In this document: piece after piece, positions 10,076-20,085 of the stretch
Numbering within the stretch: the stretch's first letter is position 1
Layout of the letters: each line of letters begins with the position of its first letter
Origin: Nostoc sp.
Lineage (GTDB): Bacteria; Cyanobacteriota; Cyanobacteriia; Cyanobacteriales; Nostocaceae
Direction: 5' to 3'
NCBI GenBank assembly: GCA_036918135.1
Contig: JBALDB010000008.1
Location: 1 to 64,000 of the forward strand
Length of the DNA stretch: 64,000 nucleotides
Notes under the pieces: generated by a model
Told to the model about the DNA's origin: nothing
The model's input: only the letters and a program-made list of their open reading frames with translations
Database searches by the model: none
Program-made: the position numbers and the translations under genes

Positions 10076-10912
10076 ATGCGTGACATAAACCAAACTGATA
10101 AAATTACAATCTTTGATACAACTTTACGAGATGGAGAATTAGCCCTAAAACGCAAACTGACAATCGAGGAAAAGATTCAACTGGCAATTATTCTTGATTA
10201 TATGGGAGTAGATGTAATTGAAGTTGCTTATCCAGGAGCGTTCGACAAAGATGCCCTCTCAATCTTCTTGGTATCTAGGCAAGTGAAAAATTCGACAATC
10301 TGTGGTTTGGCTAGTAGTAAACCAGAAGAAATTGCTGCGGTGGCGGCGGCGCTCAAAGGAACTGAAAAAGGACGAATCAATGTGTTCACTCCAGTTCGCC
10401 TTCAGGCAAATATGGTTGCATCAGAGGTAATCCAAACAGTTAGTAACAGTGTGTCTCTGGCAAGAAACTATTGCCCAGATGTGGAATGGTCAGCTTTTGA
10501 TGCCACACGCAGCCATTCTGACTTAGTATGCAAAGCGGTGGAAACAGCAATAACTAGTGGTGCAACAACAATCACTATCCCTGACAGTCTAGGGGTTAGT
10601 GAGCCAAATGAGTTTTCTAATCTAATTGAAATGGTGATGCACCGAGTTCCTAATATTGAGCAGGCAACCCTTGCAGTTCACTGTCATGATGACTTAGGAT
10701 TTGCAGTTGAGAATTCACTCTTGGCGTTGGAAGTAGGAGCAAAACAAATTGAATGCTCTATTAATGGATTAGGGGCACGTGCTGGTAACGCTGACTTGGG
10801 AAACATTGTGAAAGCGATCGCCAATCATTCCACCTACTATACTGCTATTAATCAGTCATGGCTCGATCGGGCATCAGAGATAGTAACTCAATTTACAGCA
10901 GTTCCAACCTAA
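10076..10912 (+). CDS. Short 2-isopropylmalate-synthase-like protein (DRE-TIM barrel only)
   Basis: FDTTLRDGE, VHCHDDLG and INGLGARAGNA motifs; 278 aa, lacking LeuA subdomains I/II and the regulatory domain. Confidence 0.8.
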   Translation: MRDINQTDKITIFDTTLRDGELALKRKLTIEEKIQLAIILDYMGVDVIEVAYPGAFDKDALSIFLVSRQVKNSTICGLASSKPEEIAAVAAALKGTEKGRINVFTPVRLQANMVASEVIQTVSNSVSLARNYCPDVEWSAFDATRSHSDLVCKAVETAITSGATTITIPDSLGVSEPNEFSNLIEMVMHRVPNIEQATLAVHCHDDLGFAVENSLLALEVGAKQIECSINGLGARAGNADLGNIVKAIANHSTYYTAINQSWLDRASEIVTQFTAVPT

Positions 10913-11106
10913 TTTAATGCTAATACTGATGATTGTTGACTGTGAATAGTGGGATATTTTTTTAGGACAAAGGCATCTCAAGTATAAGAATCCTTTAATA
11001 GCGAAGATTTCGGCATTTAATAATTTATCCGATTTTTTGTTAATATTCTTATCTGTAGAACAGCTTACTGTTCTTTCAAAGTATTGATACTAAATTTTAG
11101 GAAAGT

Positions 11107-11790
11107 ATGACCAAGCTAATCTTAATTACAGGGATAAGTCAAGGTTTAGGTTATGCCATGACTGAGGGTTTTATTCAAGAAGGGCATACGGTAATTGGTT
11201 GCGCCCGTTCATCAGATGCTATTGATAAACTACGCCAGAAGTTTAGTGCGCCCAACGATTTTACATCTGTAGATGTAGCAAATGAACTGCAAGTAGAAAA
11301 ATGGGCAAAACACGTACTCAATAAATATCAACCGCCGGATATAGTAATAAATAACGCGGCAATTATTAATTATCCAGCACCTTTGTGGGAGATACCATCT
11401 GAAGAATTTTCCCAATTAATTGATATCAATATTAAAGGAGTGGTGAATATAATTCGCCATTTTGTGCCAGCAATGGTGAAAAAAAAGCATGGTATTATTG
11501 TCAACTTAAGTTCTGGTTGGGGACGCTCTACTTCACCTCAAGTCGCACCATACTGTGCTTCCAAGTGGGCAATAGAAGGATTAACTCGGTCTCTAGCACA
11601 AGAATTGCCGACTGGTATGGCAGCTATCCCACTCAACCCAGGGATTATTCATACAGATATGCTCTCTATTAGCTTTGGAGAAGAAGCTGCTAATTACACA
11701 CCTGTGTCAGATTGGGTATTAAAAGCTGTTCCATTTATTCTCAAGTTGAAACCCAAAGATAATGGAGTTCCCTTAACTGTCCCAATATAA
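11107..11790 (+). CDS. SDR-family oxidoreductase
   Basis: TGISQGLG, NNAA and YCASK catalytic motifs. Confidence 0.92.
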   Translation: MTKLILITGISQGLGYAMTEGFIQEGHTVIGCARSSDAIDKLRQKFSAPNDFTSVDVANELQVEKWAKHVLNKYQPPDIVINNAAIINYPAPLWEIPSEEFSQLIDINIKGVVNIIRHFVPAMVKKKHGIIVNLSSGWGRSTSPQVAPYCASKWAIEGLTRSLAQELPTGMAAIPLNPGIIHTDMLSISFGEEAANYTPVSDWVLKAVPFILKLKPKDNGVPLTVPI

Positions 11791-11953
11791 GATTTTTTGG
11801 AGTAGAGAAGGATTGAGCTGGGGCGCGATATCCGGGTTAATGATTTCTGTAGATAAGCAACATTTGAATTAACGATAATCCTACCAAAGGTATATTATTC
11901 GTACGTTGTTCAATGCTATTGTCTAGCACAACAGACTTTAGGGAAAAGCCTTT

Positions 11954-12256
11954 ATGGATTCATCTGTGGTACTGATCAACGTTTTTTATGTACCTCAAGG
12001 TATGGAGGAAGAATTTGTTGCTAAATGGCATCAGACTGCCGAACTGATGAAAAATGAGCCGGGGTTTATTGAAACAAAGCTACACCGCAGTCTTTCACCT
12101 ACAGCACGATTTCAATTTATTAATATTGCAAAGTGGTCTAGTGAATCAACTTGGCAAGCAGCTTTTTATAAACGTATTTCTCAACAAGAGATTTTTGAAC
12201 AACAATTACCAATTGAAGCTAACCCTGCTCTTTATCAAGTTGAGGCACAGTATTAA
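11954..12256 (+). CDS. Antibiotic biosynthesis monooxygenase (ABM) family protein
   Basis: LINVF...EEFVAKW...EPGFIETKLHRS...FINIAKW. Confidence 0.85.
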   Translation: MDSSVVLINVFYVPQGMEEEFVAKWHQTAELMKNEPGFIETKLHRSLSPTARFQFINIAKWSSESTWQAAFYKRISQQEIFEQQLPIEANPALYQVEAQY

Positions 12257-12488
12257 ATTTGAATGCTGAGAATAAATTACTGTCTTTTGTTCCAAAATAA
12301 CGATGCGCTATTCATATACCAATAGTCTCATTTCCCAGAATTCAGTTGTTTGATATGGCTTACGCTATTCATGCACCTTACTTCTGCTGCTCTAGAATCC
12401 GCTTTGGCATCAGCTCAACCTCAGACTAAGCACATAAGTAAAGGTGCCACTTGTAACCAATAACCTACCCCTGCACCAGATAATTTCC

Positions 12489-13151
12489 TCAATTATTTTT
12501 ATGAGCAGTGGGGTCAACTAACCGATAAAATTGGTTCGGTTTGCTTGTCGGAGGAAAAGGATTTCCAGCGGTCGATGTTACCTCCAACCCTGTGCCTTGT
12601 CCATTAGCATCAATGAGTTCGTATTGTCCACTTACGGGTGTGCGTTCACCTGGACTATAGCTCGAAGATTGAGGCGAAGAAGTTGACTCGTTAGACTTAT
12701 AGTGCTGTAATGCCCCAGCATTGTAGATTAGATAAAATCGACTCCTAATTTCAAAACCTGGAAGATACCCTCCAAGGTAAGGTATTTCTGACAACTCGCT
12801 GAACGTCCCTTTGATTTCTGAAATTGGTTTGAGTAATTTTTGATTGTTCTGACTCCAAATGATGATTTGTGTATCTAGCAATTCTTGAAATTCTAAGGCG
12901 TGTAGCGTTGCTTCATCTTGCTGTGCTTGGCTATCTACAACAATTAATAAATTCAGAGTCAACAAAAGTATCGTTTGTATTTCTATTAAATTATCATTAG
13001 TGATAACTTGCGTAGAATATTCATCTACATGAAAACCAAACTGGGATTTAAAATGTGAAAATTCTGTGGAGAGCAATTGCTGATTCAGATATGGTAGCAA
13101 TCCGGTATCTGAGTCTAAAAGGATCTGACGAACGATTGGTAATCTTGTCAT
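12489..13151 (-). CDS. Hypothetical protein with C-terminal YjzC-like domain
   Basis: YSPGERTPVSGQYELI...EVTSTAGNPFPPT follows an S-rich linker. Confidence 0.7.
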   Translation of the reverse strand: MTRLPIVRQILLDSDTGLLPYLNQQLLSTEFSHFKSQFGFHVDEYSTQVITNDNLIEIQTILLLTLNLLIVVDSQAQQDEATLHALEFQELLDTQIIIWSQNNQKLLKPISEIKGTFSELSEIPYLGGYLPGFEIRSRFYLIYNAGALQHYKSNESTSSPQSSSYSPGERTPVSGQYELIDANGQGTGLEVTSTAGNPFPPTSKPNQFYRLVDPTAHKNN

Positions 13152-13355
13152 AAGTGGTTTACAACTTTTGAATTAAAAGCTTTTAAACTAATAATCTCAC
13201 CTCAAATAGCAGCAAGTACATCCATCAAATGGACCTGATTGTCTCAATCGCTTTACTGATTTACAAAAAGATATCTTTTGTGCTGCGGGTGTGCGTGCAT
13301 TCCGTAATTTCAGCTTCTAATACCGTGCTGTAAAAGTAGCATAAAGTCCTGTCTC

Positions 13356-14477
13356 CTATACTGACGCTATCCCTTTTGCTGTGTCTCGGACAATTAAATC
13401 AACAACATCCTCCAAGCTTCCGTTTCGTTTGTAAACTTCACGCTGCCGTGTTGCACCGTTCCCTTGCTGCATCGTTTCTTGTACAAGAGACGAAACTTCA
13501 TCCCATTCTCCATACTCCTCTAGCGATGGACGAAGGAAATTCAGAAAATTCTTAACCAGTTCGCGCCCTGGAACAGTTTTAATTGCAACAAGGTCGATTA
13601 AATCATCATCTAATCCATAGCGTGCAGCACGCCACTGAGCAGCACGTACCAGTTCGTGGCGCACATTCACAAAAGGTTCATTGTTGAGCGCTTGTTGATA
13701 ACAAGTCCTGACGAGAGCGCGTACAAGCCCAGCTATCATTACCGCTTCGTCTACTGTCTGACAGACATCGGTAAGGCGAAACTCTATTGTTGGGAAACGC
13801 TCTGACAAACGTACATCCCAATAAATCTTCGTTGCTTCTTCTACAGTTTTAGTTGCCACCAAAGCTTCTACAAGTGCTTCGTACTCTTCAAAAGACTCGA
13901 AAACCAGTGGTACTCCAGATAGCGGCCATTGGCTCCAAATCTCGGTGCGATAGCTGGCATAGCCTGTATCTGTACCTAACCAAAAAGGCGAGGATGCTGC
14001 TAGTGCTAAGAGTGGGGCAAGCCATACACGGGCACGGTTCATGACGCTGATAGCATGAGCGCGATCGCTAATTCCTACATGCACGTGACAGCCAAAGATG
14101 ACTAGTTCGCGAGTAAGTTGTTGATAATCTCGCATCAGCGCTTGATAACGTTCTTTAGGCGTGATTTGCTGTTCATCCCAATGTGAAAACGGATGTGTGC
14201 CAGCCGCAGCAATTTGGTTTCCATCTTTAGCCGCTGCTGCAATCACTTCGCTACGCAAGCGAACAAGCTCACTTCTGACATCTGCAAGTGTTTTACAAAT
14301 GGGTGTACCAATTTCTATCTGCGAACGCTGGACTTCTGGCTGTACCTCAGTGCCAAGTGCTTGTTCAGCTTTTGGAAGAACGTGTTCTACACGCGAACTC
14401 AAGTGCCGTGTTACAGGGTTGATAATTTGATATTCCTCTTCAACACCAATAGTAAATTCTTCAGCTTGGGATGACAT
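13356..14477 (-). CDS. ybdK: Carboxylate-amine ligase (YbdK/GCS2, weak glutamate-cysteine ligase)
   Basis: TIGVEEEYQ, GCHVHVG, ASSPFW and YWDVR...TIEFR motifs. Confidence 0.9.
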   Translation of the reverse strand: MSSQAEEFTIGVEEEYQIINPVTRHLSSRVEHVLPKAEQALGTEVQPEVQRSQIEIGTPICKTLADVRSELVRLRSEVIAAAAKDGNQIAAAGTHPFSHWDEQQITPKERYQALMRDYQQLTRELVIFGCHVHVGISDRAHAISVMNRARVWLAPLLALAASSPFWLGTDTGYASYRTEIWSQWPLSGVPLVFESFEEYEALVEALVATKTVEEATKIYWDVRLSERFPTIEFRLTDVCQTVDEAVMIAGLVRALVRTCYQQALNNEPFVNVRHELVRAAQWRAARYGLDDDLIDLVAIKTVPGRELVKNFLNFLRPSLEEYGEWDEVSSLVQETMQQGNGATRQREVYKRNGSLEDVVDLIVRDTAKGIASV

Positions 14478-14737
14478 AGTTGGTGTTTCCTTTACTTGTT
14501 AACAAATCTTGTTACCCAGAGCAGCAAAATTTAGATTAATGGGTCTGAAGACTGGCGTACTTTTTAAAAGCTAAGATGCACTAAATGCCTTGATGACCCA
14601 AAGTAAACATGCCTCAATTCTTTTAATAAAACATCACTCTGAGGTTATAGTTAGATATTATTCAGTACAAAAGGCAACATTTCATTATAGTAATACCGCA
14701 GTTTTCTCTTGCATGAAGTACAAAGCTACGGGTTTTG

Positions 14738-14888
14738 AGGCAGGAGGTAAAAAGTATTTATGTCTGATGCATGATTCCTGCATTTAATACCTCGTTTGTA
14801 GCCGTAGTCACACCCTTTAGGACATTTTGAAAGGATGAATGCTAGGAAGAGTAATGTTTTTACCTCCTGCCCCCTGCCTCCTGCTATA
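14738..14888. repeat. MITE-like repeat with GCAGGAGGTAAAA / TTTTACCTCCTGC inverted ends
   Basis: Inverted ends; the right half resembles 28610-28690 and 16675-16706. Confidence 0.6.
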
Positions 14889-14949
14889 ATTTGATAGTTG
14901 TTAGTATTACTAAGTTCAAAATTAGTTTCTAACTAGAGAGTATCAAAAG

Positions 14950-15159
14950 ATGGAAATTAGCGCTCGTAATTCTTTGAAAGGAACTGTTAAGGCAATTCAT
15001 CAAGGAGCAGTCAACTCTGAGGTTATATTAGAAATTGTGCCTGGAGTGGAAGTAACTGCAATTATTACCAAAGAGTCGGTAGAACATCTCCAGCTTCAAG
15101 AGGGAAAACATGCGGTTGCTGTGATTAAAGCATCAGATGTCATAATTGCTACAGAATAA
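14950..15159 (+). CDS. Molybdate-binding Mop/molbindin (TOBE domain)
   Basis: ISARNSLKGTV...AIITKES...IKASDV signature. Confidence 0.92.
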   Translation: MEISARNSLKGTVKAIHQGAVNSEVILEIVPGVEVTAIITKESVEHLQLQEGKHAVAVIKASDVIIATE

Positions 15160-15218
15160 CCACAAATGAATAAATAGGTTGTGGTGATTTGCTTATCTAG
15201 CGATGTGACTTAAAGTTA

Positions 15219-15385
15219 TCACGTCCCAATAGTTGCCAAGTTGGGACTAGAGACCTTGCAGATTCTACTTTTTAGCCAAGACCAGCACTTCTCAATCTTA
15301 TTGAGGTCTGGAGAATATGGCGGTAGATACAGCAGTTCACACCCTGCGTCTTGAATCAGTTGCTGAATACGCCCACGTTTGTGGA
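15219..15385 (-). pseudogene. IS630-family transposase C-terminal fragment
   Basis: LLYLPPYSPDLNKIEKCWSWLK. Confidence 0.85.
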
Positions 15386-15411
15386 ATGTATAGCAGGAGG
15401 CAGGAGGGAAC

Positions 15412-16285
15412 GATGATACAGCCAAGAAGCCCCAAACCAAGCATCAAATTTGTGGATGAATACTGTGGAATCTACCAAAACCTATTTCCAGAAGTTAGGA
15501 GTTTTGAAAATTTCCGATATCTACATTTAAAAATGATATCGGAGATAAAAAGGAAATCCTTACCAGAAATAGCCAAGGTGGTAGGGTTAGAGAACCAGCA
15601 ATCACTACATCATTTTTAACAGAATCACCGTGGTCGGTAGAATCGTTAAAAAAGCGAAGATTAGAACTAATACTACGAGTATTAAATAAGCGATCGCTGA
15701 TTCTAATAATTGATGAAACTGGAGACTCAAAACAAAGTCTTACTACAGACTATGTGAAACGTCAATATATTTGGAACTTAAACAAAATTGCTCAGGGCAT
15801 AGTTGTAGTAACAGCCTATGGTGTAATTGAGAACATGACCTTTCCTTTAACATTTCAAATTTATAAACCACGAGAGAGATTGAAAGCAGGAGATAAATAT
15901 AAAACTAAACCAGAAATTGCAGCAGAATTAATCCGAGAACTTCAAGAAATGGGGTTTAAGTTTGAATTAGTTTTGGCAGATAGCCTGTATGGGGAAAGTG
16001 ATGGTAATTTTATAAGTCTATTGAATCAATTAGAACTTAATTTTGTCGTAGCTATACGTAGTAACCACGGAGTTTGGCTGCCAAAAGGACAAGGTATCAG
16101 GTATAACAAATGGCGAAAATTTAATCGTGTTTTCTCTAATGGTAATCAGGAAGTTCGATATATCAGAGAGATTATTTTTGGCAAGAGACGCAATGTTCGT
16201 TATTGGCAAATCACGACGGATATAGAAAAGCTTCCGGAAAATTCCACATGGTTTTTAATGACGCATGTTCCAGACATTAAATACT
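15412..16285 (+). pseudogene. IS701-family transposase, frameshifted and truncated
   Basis: FVDEYC...KRKSLPEIAK...QSLHHF, IIDETG and VLADSLYG motifs; frameshift near 15615. Confidence 0.85.
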
Positions 16286-16672
16286 CAGTTGCATAGATGG
16301 GAAAAGCTAGGCTGAGAGTGACTTTGGGAGAAACCAGGGCGGGGAGGAAAATCAAGGTGGGCAGATGACATGGTTTTTTTAGCTATATTGTTTAGAGCAA
16401 GAGCCACGTACATATAACAGCGTTCAGTTAGCCCAAAAATTAGAAAAAGAACGCTTGATAACATTGAGTCCTGACTGGTTAAGGCAGGTACTAAAAAAAA
16501 AGGGGAGCCAGTGCGTTGGGCGGCTGTGCCGACTTGTTGGCGTAGCGTCTCCGATAGGAGAAGCAACTGGCGCGATCATTTGGAAGCGAACTTTGAAATT
16601 GCCACAAAGGAAAGCAAAATCCAGTATTACAGCAAGTTAAACAGGCAGACTTAGAAATGCTGGAGTTAGCAA
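16286..16672 (+). pseudogene. IS630-family transposase HTH fragment carrying a nested small-repeat insertion (about 16506-16574)
   Basis: EPRTYNSVQLAQKLEKER...LRQVLKKKG / IIWKRT with an A9G4 slippery run. Confidence 0.7.
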
Positions 16673-16760
16673 TAGTTTTACCTCCTGCCTCCTGCCTTCT
16701 GCTATATCTAAGTCAAAATTGCGATCGCTTGCCATTGATTACAAACGTACAGGTGAATGT

Positions 16761-16792
16761 AATGCGAGGTGTTTATAATAGTACCTCGCATT
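16761..16792 (-). terminator. Hairpin downstream of the RTX gene
   Basis: AATGCGAGGT...ACCTCGCATT 10-bp stem about 50 nt after the stop codon; no strong U-tract. Confidence 0.5.
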
Positions 16793-16842
16793 CTTAAAGT
16801 TTACGATCTTACTTGTTGCCTGGGGTGAAACCCTAATTACCT

Positions 16843-19800
16843 TCAAACAACCACTAAATTGGTGTTGGTTAACGACAAGCCAGCAGTAAGTTGTGCAAAT
16901 TGTATTTGAGCAAACCCACCTGCACTGCCATCTTGGTCGAAGAACAATGCACCTGTAGTCGAGTTATAAATCAACCTTTGAGTGCTGGTGGTTGCAGATG
17001 TACCGATTGTAAACTGACTTGTCTTAAGTACACCTGCTGATAAACCACCACCAAAACCAGCAGCCGACACTTGAATCACTTCATTAGTGGTGTTGAAATC
17101 ATAAATGCGATCGAGACCGTCATTAAAACTACTGAAAACAAAGGTATCAGTACCAACTCCCCCATAAAGGCTATCATTACCTTTACCGCCTATAAGGGTA
17201 TCATTGCCATTTCCACCTTTGAGGGTGTTCTTACCAAAACCACCAGAGGCTGTGAGAGTATCATTGCCATCGCCACCATCTAGGAGGTTATCACCTGATG
17301 AATTGTTAACATTCAAGTAATCACCACCAGTGCCACCGCTAAGGGTGTTATTGCCTGAGACAGCATAAACTCCGTACAAACTGTATAATGAATCAGGGTC
17401 GTAAGCAAACAGAGAATCGTTGCCATCACCACCAGAGAGCAGGTTATTACCACTTGAAAAGTTAGTAACTAAATTATCGTTACCAGCACCACCATTGAGG
17501 GTGTTATTGCCAGAGATATAAGTTACGTAAGCCTCACCTCGGTATATCAAGACGCTTCCAGAGGCACTAAGAGAATCATTGCCATCGCCTCCAAGAAGCA
17601 GGTTATTGTCTGTTGAAGCGTTAGCAGACAATTCATCGTCACCAGCACCACCGTTAAGGGTATCATTGCCACTACCTCCGCTGAGGGTATCATTGCCATT
17701 ACTCCCCACAATCAAGTCATCGTTGGAGGAACCTGAAATATTTAATTGTTCGATATTCTTGTAAGTAATCCGATTCGTGCCCGCCGTAATTGAGCCGATG
17801 TTAGTAGTAGCATTGAATGTCGAAGTGATTGCCCCAGTACCATTGTAGTACTCGATGGTCAACAAATCGTCACCTATGCCCCCATCTATAGTATCATTGC
17901 CACCATAGGATTCATCAATCGTATCCTTGCCATTGCTCCCTACAATGTAGTCATTGTATAAGTCATTGTAGAGTGTATTTGAGATATTTAATCGTTCGAT
18001 ATTCTTGTAGCTAATCCGATTCGTGCCTAATGTGATTGAGCCAGTGTTAGTAGTAGCATTGAATGTCGAAGTGATTCCCCTATCTTTGGTAGAATTATAG
18101 GTCTCGACACTCAACAAATCATCACCTTTGCCACCATCTATCGTATCATTGCCGCTACTGTATCCACTTATCGTATCATTGCCATTGCTCCCCACAATGT
18201 AGTCATTGTAGTCTGTACTTGAGGAGATATTTAATCGTTCAATATTCTTATAGCTAACCTGATTCGTGCCCGCCGTAATTGAGCCGGTGTTAGTAGCAGC
18301 ATTAAAAGTCGAAGTGATTCCTGTACTAGATTCGGATAGATTGGCCGTCAACAAATCGTCACCTGTTCCCCCATCTACTGTCTGTTGAGTCAGTAAGGAA
18401 GAGGAGGAAATATCCAGGTATAACGAATCATTGCCATTCCCCCCATTGAGAACATTATTGCCAATCCTAGCCTCATCATAGATTACAACAGTGAGAGAAT
18501 CATTGCCATCCCCTCCATTAAGTAGATTATTACCTATTGAAAGGTAAGCAAGCAACTTATCGTCGCCAGTACCACCGTTGAGGGTGTTATTGCCTGAGGC
18601 AATGCTGCCGTTTATTAAATTGTCGCCAGAGGCACTCAAGTCATCGTTGCCATCTCCTCCATTAAGCAGATTATCACCTTTTGAAGAGTTAGCACTCAAG
18701 GAATCGTCGCCATCCCCTCCATTAAGCAGATTATTACCTTTTGAAGAGTTAGTACTTAAGAAATCGTCGCCAGCATCACCATTGAGAGTGTTACTGCCTG
18801 TTGAAGAGTCAACACTTAAATAATCGTTATCAACACCACCGTTAAGGATATTATCGCTTGTTGAATACTCAACACTCAAGTTATCATTACCAACACCCCC
18901 AAAAATCGTATCATTGCCATAACTAGAATCATTGCCACTACTGCCCCCAGAAAGAAAATCGTCGCCATTGCTCCCTACAATCAAGTCACCGAAGGTTGTA
19001 CCTCGAATCTCTAATCTTTCGATATTTTTGTAGTTAACCTGATATGTACCCGCCGTAATTGAGCCAGTATTAGCAGCAGGATTGAATGTCGTTGTGATTG
19101 CCTCGGTAGCATTGAAACAATATATAGTTAGGTAATCGTCTCCTGTCCCTCCGTCTAGGGTTTGAGTTGCTAAGGAAGAGGGGGCTGTATCTGGGGCGTA
19201 CAAATCGAATCGGTCATTGCCATCCCCTCCATTTAGGATGTTGCTACCCTGAACTCCACGGGTGTAAAAGTAATCATCCCCATCTTGTCCTGAAACATTA
19301 TTGTTACCAGTAGAGTAGCTAATATCAAGGTAGTCATCCCCTGCATCCCCCCTGAGAATGTTATTTCCAGAAGAATAGAAAGCCTCTAGGCTATCATTGC
19401 CTACACCACCAATGAGAGTATTGTTGCCTGAACCACCCCTCAAAACGTCGTTGCCACTTAAGCCATCAATTTTGTCATTGCCCCCCTGACCATTTACCAC
19501 ATCATCCGAGTTGTCTAAAGCAGTAATGTTGTTGTCTAAGTCATTGAAAAAGGTCACCGTATTTTTAATGCCGATACTTGTATCAGTAGAGTTAGCATCT
19601 AGAACATTAAAGCTATCGGTGATACTAGTTTGACCATCAAATAAGATATTACCAATCGCTGGTGTTGTGCCATTTGCTTTGAGGTTCTCTAAGTTTTCTA
19701 ATTTGAAGTCTTTGAGAATAAGTTTGGTATAGCCGTCTTCTGCAAAATAGCGCTCTTCTGCAAAGGTGATTTCCAAATTATTACCATTTTGGGTGAGTAG

Positions 19801-20085
19801 CAGATTTCGCGCAGTCAAGCCCCCGTTAACGAATTTGATAGTATCAACTTCGGCAATTACTGCTGCTGTTGGATTTGTACCTTTACCGACGCCACCAAAA
19901 TCAGTAATCGTATCAGTACCGTCGAACAAGTTATAAACAAATATGTCCTTGCCGCCTCCACCTGTTAAAGTGTCGTTTTTTTGATTGGCTGCGATGATAT
20001 CATTGCCAGCTTTACCATTAATTGTATCGGCACTGTCAGTACCCACTAACGTGTCATTTGCGTTGGTCCCAGTGATATTTGCCAT
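16843..20085 (-). CDS. Large RTX (hemolysin-type Ca2+-binding repeat) secreted protein
   Basis: Dozens of GGxGxD nonapeptides, four ~80-aa internal repeats, and the Nostoc-type C-terminus (LIYNSTTGALFFDQDG). Confidence 0.93.
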   Translation of the reverse strand: MANITGTNANDTLVGTDSADTINGKAGNDIIAANQKNDTLTGGGGKDIFVYNLFDGTDTITDFGGVGKGTNPTAAVIAEVDTIKFVNGGLTARNLLLTQNGNNLEITFAEERYFAEDGYTKLILKDFKLENLENLKANGTTPAIGNILFDGQTSITDSFNVLDANSTDTSIGIKNTVTFFNDLDNNITALDNSDDVVNGQGGNDKIDGLSGNDVLRGGSGNNTLIGGVGNDSLEAFYSSGNNILRGDAGDDYLDISYSTGNNNVSGQDGDDYFYTRGVQGSNILNGGDGNDRFDLYAPDTAPSSLATQTLDGGTGDDYLTIYCFNATEAITTTFNPAANTGSITAGTYQVNYKNIERLEIRGTTFGDLIVGSNGDDFLSGGSSGNDSSYGNDTIFGGVGNDNLSVEYSTSDNILNGGVDNDYLSVDSSTGSNTLNGDAGDDFLSTNSSKGNNLLNGGDGDDSLSANSSKGDNLLNGGDGNDDLSASGDNLINGSIASGNNTLNGGTGDDKLLAYLSIGNNLLNGGDGNDSLTVVIYDEARIGNNVLNGGNGNDSLYLDISSSSLLTQQTVDGGTGDDLLTANLSESSTGITSTFNAATNTGSITAGTNQVSYKNIERLNISSSTDYNDYIVGSNGNDTISGYSSGNDTIDGGKGDDLLSVETYNSTKDRGITSTFNATTNTGSITLGTNRISYKNIERLNISNTLYNDLYNDYIVGSNGKDTIDESYGGNDTIDGGIGDDLLTIEYYNGTGAITSTFNATTNIGSITAGTNRITYKNIEQLNISGSSNDDLIVGSNGNDTLSGGSGNDTLNGGAGDDELSANASTDNNLLLGGDGNDSLSASGSVLIYRGEAYVTYISGNNTLNGGAGNDNLVTNFSSGNNLLSGGDGNDSLFAYDPDSLYSLYGVYAVSGNNTLSGGTGGDYLNVNNSSGDNLLDGGDGNDTLTASGGFGKNTLKGGNGNDTLIGGKGNDSLYGGVGTDTFVFSSFNDGLDRIYDFNTTNEVIQVSAAGFGGGLSAGVLKTSQFTIGTSATTSTQRLIYNSTTGALFFDQDGSAGGFAQIQFAQLTAGLSLTNTNLVVV

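Noticed and set aside
9954..10088. 44-aa ORF (MYENLTIGLARKFCPQ...) as a leucine attenuator leader for the LeuA-like gene
   Set aside because: No run of Leu codons, no terminator/antiterminator pair, and it overlaps the downstream start
16843..20085. Periodic repeats as a CRISPR array or diversity-generating retroelement
   Set aside because: They are in-frame RTX coding repeats; no spacers, cas genes or reverse transcriptase in the window
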